A stretch of DNA of 63,764 bases, filler included, from Octopus bimaculoides (taxonomy: Eukaryota), in assembly GCF_001194135.2 (NCBI RefSeq). It is 6 parts of 6 records of this genome, joined end to end, with 100 filler letters (N's around TTAATTAATTAA, not from the genome) between each part and the next. Parts side by side here need not be neighbours in the genome. Positions count along the whole stretch, not along the records: positions 1 to 24,267 come from NC_068982.1; 5 more parts are not named here. One strand, 5' to 3'. The notes below the pieces were generated by a model. That model saw only the letters and a program-made list of their open reading frames with translations, was not told the DNA's origin and did not search any database. Position numbers and translations under genes: made by a program. The first letter of the stretch is position 1, and each line of letters opens with the position of its first letter. This document shows, in pieces, positions 1 to 12,869 of this stretch.

Positions 1-37
<37 letters not shown>

Positions 38-203
38 TAAATGAAAGACGGAAGATGGAAGATACGAGATATTAATCACGACAATTGTTTCGATACATTA
101 ACCACATGTATAACGAACACTCTGAAAGGGATCGTGCTTTATTAGTAAGCTGCCAGGTATACACCGTTCGTTTTATTATCTAATACATACATACATACAT
201 ACA

Positions 204-235
<32 letters not shown>

Positions 236-574
236 CACACACATACACATATTTATCCATCCATCCATCCATCCGTCCATCCATCCATCCATCCATACAT
301 ACATACATACGCGTGTGTGTGTTTGTGTGTGCTCGCATGTTTGCATGCATGCACGTGCATGTTCGAGTAATGCGGTAAGGGAGCAAACACGTGTGTAGTG
401 TTCAACCATAACAATTAGTTAGAAAATAGCAGTAGCTATAGAAAAGGACGAAAACACTTTAAATAAATTAATAAAATAAAATAAAATAGAAACAAGAATA
501 AGTAGAAATCTCAAAAGTAATCACAGATTTAAAGGTAATTATTCTATAAGAATATATTAGAAACGATCGGGTGT

Positions 575-815
575 GTGAAAAAGTCACACTGAAAAGATTT
601 GTCCTCTAATTGATGCTGAAAACGTTTGAGAAATTGAGCAAATATAAGAACCTGGAGATTGAAATCAGAAAAATGTGGCATCTAAAAGCAAAAAGCAACA
701 ACATTACCTAAAATTATTGGGGTACTTGGAATGATATCAAGGAGCTAACAAATATGTAGATCAAATCCCTGGCAGCCCCAAAATAAGTGAATTGCGAAAG
801 ATCACAACTTACGCA
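575..815 (+). mobile_element. R4/Dong-clade non-LTR retrotransposon, decayed C-terminal REL-endonuclease fragment
   Basis: Translates with frameshifts to KTFEKLSKYKNLEIEIRKMWHLK...IIGVLGMI..GANKYVDQIPGSPKISELRKIT, matching the C-terminus of the copy at 28.4-29.2 kb. Confidence 0.8.
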
Positions 816-1456
816 TTAACCATATTCATGAGTAATATGTGCATGATGCTCTAAATGATCGTCCTGCGATAAGTCCCAATGAAATTTTTAAAGTAATTTA
901 GGTGTCCCTTTCTAAGAGCAGAGTGGCAGTGGAAAATGCGAATTATCCAGCAATGTTTACAAATATAAAGGTATAAAGAGAACAAGATAGGGTAGTGAGG
1001 AAGGCTTTGCAAGGATTTATCACTGGATCCATACCCATAGCATCATGCAATATTATGAATATGGTTATCACGCAAGTTATGGCTGTCTTGAAACAGCTGT
1101 TGAGATAAGACTTTACATAGTCTTTCTTTTCGGTATTGTTTTCCTTATTTTATGATCTGTATATATGCTCCATGTCTGAAGCCTAGCTGTGTTTATCTAT
1201 CTTATTACATCCATAACAGCTCGATAAAGATTGTTTTTATGGTTAACCTTTGAGGCCGAGGCGCCGGTCGCGGATAAGGAAGTTGGAGTTTAAGTTCCCA
1301 TTCATTGGAGCACTGCTCTGCGTTATCTACAATAAGCTTATTTTACTTTCACCTGCTCTCTCTCTTCTTCCGTCTGTCTACCTGCTTGTCGGTCTGTATC
1401 TCTGTTTGTCTGACTATATGTGTGTGTGTGTGAGTGTGTGTGTATATATATATATA

Positions 1457-2285
1457 CGAGGTCTGATCAATAAGTATCCGGAATGTCACCATAGTAACGA
1501 AGCTAAAGCACGCAGAGTAAAGCCGCACTGCAAAGATTGACCTTCAACTCTGTTGTGCATAGGCACTAAGTTTTAACGTTTCAGCTCACTTCCGCTGTTT
1601 ATAGCAGTGCTTCGAAGAAAGGTGTGTAGAGTGTTATCGTCGCATTGACCATAGTTGTCATGGCGATACCTGCTCGCCTACGCAAAAATGCAGAAAGTGT
1701 ATGGAGAAGAGTGTATAAGCCACACACAAGTGTGCGAGTGGTTCAGACGTTTCCAAGATGACCGAAAAATGTCGATATTGACGAACGTTCTGGGAGACCT
1801 GCAACCAGCAGAACTGAGAAAAACATCGCAGATGTGCATGCAAATGTGATGGGAAATCATCGAATCACCATCCGTGAGTTATCAGAGGATGTGCAGATTA
1901 GTTATGGTTCAGTTCAGTCCATTATTACTGAAGATTTGGGTATGAGACGCGTGTCTGCTAAATTTGTGCCAAAACTGCTTTCAACTAACCAAAATGACAC
2001 TTGGGTTGCAGTTGTACAAGATCTCCTTGATTGTGTCGAGAACGGTGAAAAGTTTTTGAAAACTGAGCAGGAATCGCCAAGCTTTTGGCAAAATTTGATG
2101 AAGATTCTCTGCTCAGCTTTCTCTGTCATGGCCAATGCGACGATCACACGCTACACACTTTCCTTCCAAGCACTGTTGCAAAGAGCGGAAGTGAGCTAGA
2201 ACAGCAGAGTTCAAGGTCAATCTGTGCGTGCCAAGCAGCTTTACTCTGCGTGTTTTAGCTTCGTTACTATGGCAACAGTCCGGAT
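1457..2285 (+). mobile_element. Mariner (Tc1/mariner) relic whose right end is an inverted copy of its own 5' end
   Basis: TA + CGAGGTCTGATCAATAAGTATCCGGA terminus; transposase HTH peptides YAKMQKVYGEECISHTQVCEWFRRF and RITIRELSEDVQISYGSVQSIITEDLGMRRVSAKFVPKLL; 2063-2285 is the reverse complement of about 1476-1676; right end runs into a gap. Confidence 0.9.
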
Positions 2286-2929
2286 NNNNNNNNNNNNNNN
2301 NNNNNNNNNNNNNNNNNNNNNNNNNNNNNNNNNNNNNNNNNNNNNNNNNNNNNNNNNNNNNNNNNNNNNNNNNNNNNNNNNNNNNNNNNNNNNNNNNNNN
2401 NNNNNNNNNNNNNNNNNNNNNNNNNNNNNNNNNNNNNNNNNNNNNNNNNNNNNNNNNNNNNNNNNNNNNNNNNNNNNNNNNNNNNNNNNNNNNNNNNNNN
2501 NNNNNNNNNNNNNNNNNNNNNNNNNNNNNNNNNNNNNNTATATATATATATATATATATATATTGGGTGCATCAGCATGGCCCCAGCTCTCAGCTGAAAC
2601 TATAATAAAAAAAAAAAATATATATATGATTGCTTTTATCTCTCTTAAAATTTTCGAGACTATTTATAGACGTTATATTATTTGCGTGAAACTTTTTACT
2701 TTTATATTGAAATAGCTATTTAGAAAATATGGCATTATCGTTAAGATATTGGCTTTAGAAAGGATTTGAAACTACAACTTCTGTTAGTGACCCTATTCAG
2801 GTGCTTAAAATTGCAGACGTCACGTTTATCGCATTCTGTGTTTACCTGTATTCATCCATTCATCCAGTCATCCTGTCTAAACTGAACTCTACTCGCATTT
2901 GTATTGTTAATTTGCATTACTGTCTTTAC

Positions 2930-3050
2930 TACCATCACAACCGGCACCACCACCACCAAAACCACCACCACCATCACCACCACAACCACCACCTCCACCA
3001 ACAACAACAACAGCATCAACAACAGCACCAATGGCAACATAACATCACTA
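2930..3050. repeat. (CAC)n/(CAA)n compound microsatellite
   Basis: Direct reading; explains the poly-H/Q/T ORFs. Confidence 0.9.
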
Positions 3051-3614
3051 CCAATAAGACCACACCCTCTGCTTGTTGCTGTGATTGCTTTATAACCTTT
3101 AATGTTTAGTTACTTTCTACTAACTTTCCGATTCCATCATAATTACAGTCCTTTTCGCTGAATACATTTTATTGTATTTCTGGCTCTCTGATTACTGTTA
3201 GCAGTCCGCAAAGTCATACACCCATAAAATACTTTCCAATGCCGAAACAGATATTAAAAAAATTAAAATATAAAATATTAAAACATATACATTAATTATT
3301 CCTATTGATTTTCTCAATTTTCTTATCAATTCACTATAATTGCCAGTCATCACATGTGTAATCAATATTACTGATACGAGCAGTTTATTTTAATGCAGTA
3401 ATATATTTAAACTATTAGTATAGAAGAACTACTGTAGGATATGTTCCTCAATAACGCAGTCACTTCGTGAATCTCTTGTAATGACATACATAGTTTCCTT
3501 ATTACAAATATAAAAATGAACAAGAATTTAGATTACTTGCTATAATGTAAGTGTACTTTTTATAGCAAAGAATTACCAAAGTCGAGTGGATAGAGCTCTC
3601 CTTTTACCTGAATG

Positions 3615-3814
3615 TTAATATATATTTGTATTTATATTAGAAAATGAGTGCATGTCTGCGTACGGAAGATCTGCAAACTCTTTCTTTGCTTCTAGAGATA
3701 CCACGGTCGAAACTTCTGACATTTGGTCGACAGTTGACGGATTGAACACGTCTGAATCCGTTGTGTATGTGCATTTTTCTTGTTTTTTTTTCCATGTGTT
3801 CTTTTGTCGTTTTT
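3615..3814 (-). CDS. Candidate terminal coding exon, cytoplasmic-tail-like (xKRQKNTWKKKQEKCTYTTDSDVFNPSTVDQMSEVSTVVSLEAKKEFADLPYADMHSFSNINTNIY*)
   Basis: Acceptor ttatttttttaaatgtgtcacAG (AG at 3816-3815), phase 1, 65 open codons to TAA, non-repetitive composition, AATAAA on minus strand at 3389-3384; no upstream exon identified. Confidence 0.45.
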
Positions 3815-3989
3815 CTGTGACACATTTAAAAAAATAAGTAGTAGGTTTCCTATATTCTTGAACAAGAGACAATTTCGTGAACAGTCCAAATTCTTATGAC
3901 AAACATCATTGTATTTGTCACCATTTCTTTTTATCCTTTTAATATTGTTCATTCTTATATGAGCTAAATACTCTCATTTGGCATGACGT

Positions 3990-4900
3990 GAAGATGAGAA
4001 TAAGGTTAGCATGTTGTAGTAGTAGCTGTTGTTATTGCTGCATATCATCTCCATCCAACGTTCACCTTTCTTCCAGCAACCTCCTTGTATCTTACCTTCC
4101 GTCACTACCTTAAGATGTGGAAGAAACAGTCCATTGTATGCCTCAATTTAACTTTGTTGAACATCAGTTGCAATTGGGATCTGAATACTTTGTCGTTCTG
4201 AAGAAGGAAACCAGTCTTTGTGGTATAGTTTTGCTATGGATGTAAAAGCGTTAGGAGAGACAGCAGTGATTATAGCAATAATAATGAATCTGGGAGTTTG
4301 AATCTTATACTGTGAAAGACTGTGCGTTGATTATGTCTTTGTTATGCTAAAGCAGAGAGGTGATGGTGCTTAGGAGGCATCTAGGTTGCATGCAGATGAC
4401 ATCATTGTGCAAGATGTTTGGACGAAGTGAAGAGAGGTATCACGTGATTAGGCTTTATTGGAAGTGACAGTAAATAAATCATTACACTAGAGAAGGAAGA
4501 GTGTGATAGGAATAGCTGGAGCAATGGGTACTATCAAGTAAGGGGAATGAAGGTTAGGAACCTACATGTACCAACCTACAGATCTTGCGTATGATTTCAA
4601 TTTTGCAACACAATATTAGTGTTCTGTTACTCATGTTTCAATACAATCAATATTTATTGAAGATTTTAATGTAGACTTTCCTCAATTGTAAAAATCGACA
4701 GAGTATAATAAAAAGTGGCTGAATAAAATTTTTATGAATGTGATTTTGCAGGCCATGGCTCATTCCTCTCTCTCTGTTTTCCAAACCCTACTGTATTCCA
4801 TCTGCCTCGGCACCAGACTAAACACAACCTGAACCGTTCTCCCACGAATTTCAATCCCCAGGAAAATATATTCCTCAATGTTCTTCATACAACAAGTGAA
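3990..4900 (-). mobile_element. Very decayed LINE (probably RTE) remnants
   Basis: Weak peptides VTEGKIQGGCWKKGERWMEMI (like RTE EGKRxRGRPxKRWxD) and KNIEEYIFLGIEI (like FxYLGS). Confidence 0.35.
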
Positions 4901-7900
4901 TTTCAAAAGTTCTAAGTGAGCTCTAACTATTTATTTTATCTAAATTTTGCTCTCATTTAATCTAAAAATGCCTGAAAATACTGTTTATTGGTCTTTACAA
5001 CAAAATATAAAAAAATGGAAGTAAGCTGTTATACTTTAGGGAATATCTGTTATAAATTCCCGACAGTTTTGTGAACTGAAATATACCGAATAAAATATTA
5101 GAAGTACCACAATACGTTTACTGTAGGTTTGAACCGAAAACATTTGAGTTAAAATGTCCAGAATTTATCCACTCAGATAGTCCACTTCCATCATTATGGG
5201 AATAAAGGAAATATATATACTTGTAAATTTGCGTGAATGTGTGATGAGAAATATACGCTCAATCTACACAGGGAAACATTTCTGGTTGAAAATGGAGTTG
5301 GTGTAATGTAAACATGTTTTATGTTATAAAATTATTTAATTACACAAGAGAATGTTTCTGTAGATTAGAAGGCACAAGAGAGAAGAAATTATTTCCCTGC
5401 TAGCTAGCAATGGTATCCTTTGATGAAGAATTCTAAAGTTTCATCAAATAATTAAGTGAAGCTACTTCAAATGATAAGAATTTATTTGAGCCAGCACACA
5501 TCTTAGTTCGCGATCATTATTTTACACATGCAGCTTCTATCTTTCCCCCTCTAATAAGTCTTTCGCTTTAGACACAGAGTTTACCAATTCGACTTGACTA
5601 CGATAATTGAGTGATCAACAACATTAATGGCTTTGAGCAAATGTGTGGTGAGAACGAGCCTATTCGCTGACATTGCACCATATACCATTGTATCTGATTA
5701 GATGCAATTATCAATACAGTTGACATCTGAATTGCTTGAATTCTTGAAATGCATTAAACAGAGAAAACTTTTTTATATCTACATAAAGTAGAGCAGTTGT
5801 AACTGGTTTGTGAAAATAGTGTCCTGGAATATGGTGTCTCAGATATGCTTAAATTATAAAAATAGCAGATCTGAAAATGAATTCTGCAACAAGATTTTAT
5901 GACAACCTATCCATTGTTATTAACAGTTTTGGTGAATGAAGTAGATACATAAAGATTTTGTTGAATGAGAAGAAAGTGAACAGAAGTAAGCTTTGCTACA
6001 GTTTGTTCAATAGAATGTACACACGCACACACGCTCGCCCGCTCTCTCTGTGTCTGTCTGTCTGTCTGTCTCTCCCTCTCTCGACTCTCACACACACACT
6101 CCCGGTCTCTTCATCATATGTATATATTGGAAACATTAATGGAAACCTCCTCCTCCTCCTCCTCCTCCTCCTTCTTCTTTTTCTTCTTCTTTTTCTTCTT
6201 CTTCTTCTTTTCTCTCTCTCTCGATATATATTTACATAAAACACATATGCTTGAGAAGACACATATATGAGAATACACACACATACATATTACAAAAATC
6301 CACATGAATATGATAGTAATGTGTGTGTGTGTGTGCGCGCGCGCGCGCACACACACACACACACATGTGTGAGAAAGAAACACATTTATATGTATATCGG
6401 AACATACAGATATACATTTGTATGCATAGACATTAAGAAGACACTGACATTTAGATGTCAAAACATATATACATGTTCTATACATGAGAATACAAATACA
6501 GACATATGTTATTAAGCACACACATATACATGGGGAATTTCCCTCGGTTAGCTTCGACTGAATGGAATTTAAATTGAAAGGCATTAATAAGAATGCTATC
6601 TGAAGAATTATATAACCATGTATACTGATTACCATAGAATAGCACATGTAAAAGTCTTGGAGGTACGAATAACTTGCTGCTTATCGATGAAATCTTTTGA
6701 AACAACTATAGAATGTCTAACAATGTAGACGGGATAATGATCAAATGTAATGGTGATCCCATGCATGATTCTACTCTGAACGTTTTTTTTTTTTTATTTA
6801 ATCTGGATGATGCGAGGTGGCGAGGCGGCGAGGCATCGTCCGTGACCTTTTCATTCCCTCCCAGACTAGTGGAGCTCGGTGTAGTTGACGCATTGTGTTC
6901 TGGGGCATAAATAGGAAATAATAGCATATCTTTTGAGATTTACATAAGATGATGTCTTACAAGAGTCTCTGAGTAAAAATGACTGAAAGAGGTGGGTTTA
7001 GAGCAGGTGATGCTGCTGGATGAAAGAAATTCTAAAACGTTATTATGTTATCGCCATGGTGGTAGAGGTTATATTAACACTTAATGTAGTCTCAACAACT
7101 GCTGCCGGATTTTTCTTTTCAACACAAGTTGAAATCAGAACCGTGTTATTCAATGTCTGTCGAAATAAGAATTAAACTACATCGTGTATTAATAGCGTGA
7201 CTGCATATCCTATCGGAAAATATTATTCAAAATGTATTATTGAATTAAAAACATTAATTATGGATAAAATATTAGCTATAAATTCAGTTTGTATGATTAG
7301 AAAATTACATTTTAATCCAAATGCTATCTAAGAGGCAACCATTTCCCTGATATAGAGTATTTAAAAGGACTTGGAAAATTCGTCAATAATACCAAAGAAA
7401 TGGAAGCATAACTTAAAATATGACCGGAGGTCATAGTGTAGTCTGGCATTTCTGATAGTTATGCTTTCACTTTAGAATATTCTTATAATTCCTACTCATC
7501 TCTCTGAAGTAACCATTCTCCTTATCAGATCTTGTTTATGTTTACAGAGATTCACTTTGTCCTAACATATCTATTCAACTCAGTTGCAGCTGTCTCAACG
7601 ATGCTAACAGCTATATTATGTTTACTTCTATTGGAAATGAAAGTAGTGGAGATATAACAAACAAGTGCAAAAATCTCATAATACGCATACATACACATAC
7701 ATGCACATATACATAAATACATGCATACATTCAGATACAAAAGACACAAGCGTGTACATACATGAACACACATGCACACACATGCATAGATACAGATACA
7801 TACGTATGTTCGCATATTTGATATGTATTAATGTCTCTCTATATGTATGTACATACGCATACATGAGTGAGCATGTATATATGCATGTATATATGCATGT

Positions 7901-8017
7901 ATCTATTTACCCATGTGTGAACGTATATGTGCTCTTATTTAAAAATATTATTCATGAATAGAAAAAGTCAGTTTCTAATCAAGAAACAGGATTCCTTCAC
8001 TGAAAGTAGACATCAAC

Positions 8018-8870
8018 TATGTATGTATGTATGTATGTATGTATGTATGTATGTATGTATGTATGTATGTATGTATGTATGTTCTCTTTCTCTTTTTAAT
8101 TTAGAGTAAATTTTGATCGGACACCTACTTCGTAGCAAAGTTGTGAAGGAAAGATCTTGTTTTAACCACGATCCTTTAAATCTTAAGAAGGTCTTGCGGA
8201 TTTTATAATCCCAGATATCGCGATCATTTGTAACACATAACCTAAAGAGTATGTTTGTATGTATGTATGTATGTATGTATGTATGTATGTATGTATGTAT
8301 GTATGTATGTGTGTGCGTGTGCGAGCGTGCGTGCGTGTGTGTGTATATGTATGTATGTATGTAACATATGACCTAAAGAGTATGTATGTATGTATGTATG
8401 TGTGTGTGTGTATGTATGTATGTATGTATGTATGTGCGTGTGCGTGTATGTATGTATGTATGTATGTATGTATGTATGTATGTATGTATGTATGTATACA
8501 GGTGTGTACATTATATCATGTCGCTATGAATGCCTACTAGTTACGTGAACTTAAACGATAAACCATGTATGTATGTATGTATGTATGTATGTAGACCAAT
8601 AATCTCTACATATTTTTTCTCTCCCCGTTTTTTACCTCTCTGTCCTTTCTGTCGAAGACCGTAGGCTCGAAACGCCAAAGATTTTTCCATTCTTTCCGAG
8701 TGTCAAACTAATGTACCTGCTTGTTGTTCCCTCACTTCCTTTCGTTTTTTGTTTTCTGTAAATTTGAACTATGTATGTATGTATGTATGTATGTATGTAT
8801 GTATGTATGTATGTATGTATGTTTGTATGTATGTATGTTTGTATGTATGTTTGTATGTATTTATTTATGA
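8018..8870. repeat. (TATG)n microsatellite blocks
   Basis: Direct reading; source of MYVC/HTYI ORFs. Confidence 0.9.
8600..8770 (+). mobile_element. Short PLE-terminus-like repeat with decayed minimal hammerhead (family shared with 19.0-19.2 kb)
   Basis: CTTT CTGTCGA A GACC GTAG GCTC GAAA CGC C AAAG at 8645-8680; downstream sequence aligns with the reverse complement of 18985-19190. Confidence 0.6.
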
Positions 8871-9054
8871 GTGTGTGTGTTACTTAGAAACAAGGTACTT
8901 TCATCGAAATTTAGAACACACCAATTAACAGGTTATATAAGTATGCTTGTACCTGCACGTATGTGTATTTTAGTGCATGTATATATGACATGTGAGTGTG
9001 TATTTATATATATATTAGGATGCTTTGATATATATGTTTCAGTCATTAGAATGA

Positions 9055-11560
9055 ATCCTCAGAGTCAACATTATGACGACTCCATAGTTTTGTCGAAGTA
9101 ATACCTCACATGATTAATTCCTAGGGATGACTCTTGTGTTGCCCATATTAAGGCTTCAGTTTCAAACACACCATGTCACTTATAAATTGTCTGTGCATAA
9201 AAATTCATCAGTTCACTTCTCTGTTGCTTGTTGCCTTTTCTTTTTCGTATGATCATGCTTTTTAATACAACTTTAATCTTTAAAATGTCACATTGCTTTA
9301 CTTCCTTCATTCAGGGTTCTTTATTGCACTTTATTTAATTACAAAAAAATGCTTTCCTTACTTTTTATATAGTTTCCACAGCTAAGAAGAACTATTGCTC
9401 TGGGAAGATATCACGATTTGGTTGTGATGTACTATTCAAGGTGGTTTAGAAGCCATCTCTTTAATATCTTTCTTCCTCATTTCATCACCAAAATGCTTAA
9501 CGTATTTATTACTAAAATCTTATTTTATCTATTGCATTTGATTTTTAAAAACCAACTTCATATCACTTTTTAAATGACCTTTTCATTTCCTTCTCTTGAC
9601 CTTGTCTGTTTCCACTGTACCAAAATATTTGTATTAATTCTCATTAGTGTCATTTATTACTTGCCCATCTCGTAATGCTTTCCAGTGAGATGACAACTTT
9701 TCTTCTCCCTAAAATTAATACACCACATTTCTTGATCCAGAAAGCTATCCTTATATTTTCCTGATAACAGTGTTTACTAGTGTATCTATTTGATATTTGT
9801 TCTTTTCATACGTTTTAAGATTATCCACGGAAAGTAGTTGGCTTATTTTTAACTGCCTTTTCTTAAGCCATATCCAATTGCCTTTTTAGACATTAACATT
9901 AAAGGAATCACGCATACAACGAACAATAGTAGCAATAAATTGTCTTCTAAATAGATTCCTCTCTTTTTTTCAGTCTTCACCACTAACTTTCCTGATGACC
10001 TTTTTCCAGTTTTCCATACTACATCCGATGAAGTCGGTGACATTGTTTGCCATTCCAAATAATTTGATACATTCTGTTGGTGGGAAACAAACCATGTTTT
10101 TTTTCTTTGTCATCTACTCAGGTCAGCTGTGCCTTCTATTACAATCCTTCAATATCATCTTGTCTGTTTAACTCTCTTCTTACAACATTCATTTTATTCC
10201 TATGGCAACGACATTTTCTTTTCAAAAAAATAAATATATTTGCAATAATTCTAGTAAACTGTTTTTACATCAAAGCAAGGCATGAAAATGCGCTAAAATT
10301 CTCGATAACATTCCTCTTTGATAGATCTTTTAATGCCAAAATAGTTCCTCTGTGTGTCATCCGTTCAGGAGACATCGCTTCATTGCTTATTATCTTATTC
10401 ACATAATCGTTCTCTCATGAAATGATCCCAGGGTCTGGAACTTTCTATGTGGGAATTTCATTACAATCCTTATTGCCATCGTTGTATCTTCCTGTTTATT
10501 GATTTTTATTTCAACTCTAAGTGTTTTAGCCATTCAGCTTTAGTATTATGAATTTTTACTTTGGCTTAAATTTAAATCCGAAAGTTCTTACTTTCTTGTG
10601 CCTCTGGTTTCACCAAATCCGTCTGTTTCAACTACTTCATTTCAGTTGTTACGCCGTTATTTTTAATGCAATATTTTCTTTCTAAAGTAGCATACTTCTT
10701 TTTGAGTTTTATCTGACAAATGCTTGGTCTTGCCAATGAATACACATCAATATATTTACATTTTTCTTGTACTCTTCTCTCCGTCATGGTTCCAACTTCT
10801 CAACCTCACTTGTGACGTATTTCGATTTCAATTTATTTGTTACACACGCACATATATATTTAGCTTATTTTTATCAAATTGTTGATTTCAATCACATTGC
10901 CAGATTTCACACGATGGGTAATAGTTTCATTTATTTTTTTGTAGTAATATTTTCCGTTTTAGCCTTATCAACATTCTTAAGTGCTCTTCTACCACCCAAA
11001 TCCTTTTTTCTATGACTTCAGCAATTTTTCTCAGCACTTCTTCATCGTCTGCTTTTAATTTATTGAAATCATTCAATGATATATTTTTTCCATATTAACC
11101 TCAACCCATTCATTTCCCTCAACCTCAAAAATTATCATTCTCTCAATTTTACCTTTTACATCATCTACGTTCACAAGCAAAACTTTTCGTACGACTGCTT
11201 CAAGTTCCTGTTAAGCCATCTATTTCTCCTTGATCTCCTGCTTTGGTCACAAATTCTTTACTCGATAGTATCGAACAAATTTCTCGTTTGCCATTCGCTA
11301 TTCATTTGTTGTTTGTACATTTTACTGACACACCTTGCTCATTTCTGGGATTGCTGTAATAGTAACAATCCATAATTATCACGTTTAATAACTTGCTCCA
11401 CTTTCGTCTTAACTAATTACTAGCAGTTATAGAATTACGACCCGGGCCGTCCTGCTATAAGAAAGGACTCCTGCCGGGCAGATCACCTTTACCATTGGTT
11501 TCTGTCTCATCCACACCATTATTTGGTAACCTATTACTTTGCATTTTCACGGGGCAACAA
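9055..11560 (-). mobile_element. Long decayed R4/Dong-clade LINE (N-terminal region, RT, start of CCHC)
   Basis: Minus-strand peptides RRKWSKLLNVIIMDCYY, KRGIYLEDNLLLLLFVVCVIPL (RGIFQGDSLSPLLF), LLSVDNLKTY (LFMDDLKLY), KKCGVLIL, YKYFG, ETEALIWATQE; many stops and frameshifts. Confidence 0.85.
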
Positions 11561-11568
11561 GCATTGAT

Positions 11569-11778
11569 TTCAAATTTTGGCACAAGGCAAGCAATTTCGG
11601 GGCGGGGGTGTGTGTGTAAGTCGATTACATCAGTGCTCAACTGGTACTTGTTTTATCGAGCCTGAATGGATGAAAGGCAAAGCTGATATCGGTGGAATTT
11701 GGACTCAGAACGTAAAGACGAATGAAACGTAGCTAAGCATTTTGCCCGGCGTGCTAACGACTCTGACTGCTCACCGCT
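11569..11778 (-). mobile_element. tRNA-derived SINE, family B (GCCTTTCATCCTTTCGGGGTCGATAAA central domain)
   Basis: Aligns with about ten other copies in the window; A-box/B-box-like head GGCAGAATCGTTAG / GTTCAAATTCC. Confidence 0.85.
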
Positions 11779-11799
11779 TTTGAAACAACAAATATTAAG

Positions 11800-12278
11800 T
11801 TGTACAAACTGAGGAGTTTTTATACCAGTTTCTTTTTGCTTTCAATGAAGGTTCCCAGAGCTGCGAAAGGCATTTGTGCTGTGTACGGAGAAGGCTCTGT
11901 GGCTGAAAGAACTGCAGAAAAATGGTTTTCGCGCTTCAAGGAGGGTAAATTCGATCTTTTATACTTTCCGAGTTCCGACCGACCTATTCAATTCAATGAA
12001 GATCGATTGAACGATCTTATTCACCAAGATCAGCCATAATCAATCCACTTGGGAATTGGTTCTGCATATGAGATGCTCTCATGATTCTGTCGCTCGTCAC
12101 CTTCACTCGATAGGAAAAGTGTAAATGACAAAACGACTGGAGCATTGATAAGCAAATGAAATGTGGGTAAGAAGTCGTGATCAATGAAGGAGAATATATT
12201 AAAGACTGATTTGTTAAAATTGTTAATGAAAAATAAACATTAAAATAAAAAATGAACGAACTTATCTCACAAGTCTCA

Positions 12279-12280
<2 letters not shown>
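11800..12280 (+). mobile_element. Internally deleted mariner relic
   Basis: AAKGICAVYGEGSVAERTAEKWFSRFKEGKFDL...RPIQFNEDRLNDLIH (HTH) and C-terminal EVVINEGEYI. Confidence 0.85.
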
Positions 12281-12363
<83 letters not shown>

Positions 12364-12529
12364 TGTATGTATATATGTATGTATATTATGGATATATATA
12401 TATATATGTATATATGTATATATACATATTGTAAAACTTACTTGGAAAAGGATGCGTGGCGTTCGATCATATAATAATATAAATAATATATAAATATATG
12501 CATATATCCATACATATATGTACGTACCT

Positions 12530-12805
12530 ACATCTATATGTATACATACATGCATATATGGGTACAGGACATCAAAAAAACGTTAAACACAATGAGAAAC
12601 GAAAACATAAAAACGAAAATAGAAAACGAACTTTTTCGAACAACGAAAAAAACAGAGAAACGAGACATGCAACACAAAGAGTATACCCCTTCGTCAGTTG
12701 TCCCTGTTCCATCTACTCCGCGTTTCGAAGGCAAGGACAATACGCGACTTCGTTGGAACAGTCCTTCCCGCAAATCAAATTAAATAAAATCTCTCGTTTG
12801 CGTAT
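12530..12805 (-). mobile_element. PLE-terminus-like repeat related in layout to 17.4-17.7 kb
   Basis: Minus strand CCTTCGAAACGCGG...CTGACGAAGGGG; ends GATGTCCTGTACCCA like AACGTCCTGTACCCAG at 16.9 kb. Confidence 0.45.
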
Positions 12806-12869
12806 NNNNNNNNNNNNNNNNNNNNNNNNNNNNNNNNNNNNNNNNNNNNNNNNNNNNNNNNNNATATAT

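Noticed and set aside
176-409. MYVC, IYIY, HTHT, ERER, poly-L/T/G/V and X-filled ORFs throughout
   Set aside because: Translations of microsatellites and gaps
7548-7660. Strong plus-strand acceptor followed by hydrophobic or Cys-containing frames
   Set aside because: Several frames on both strands equally plausible; no supporting exons
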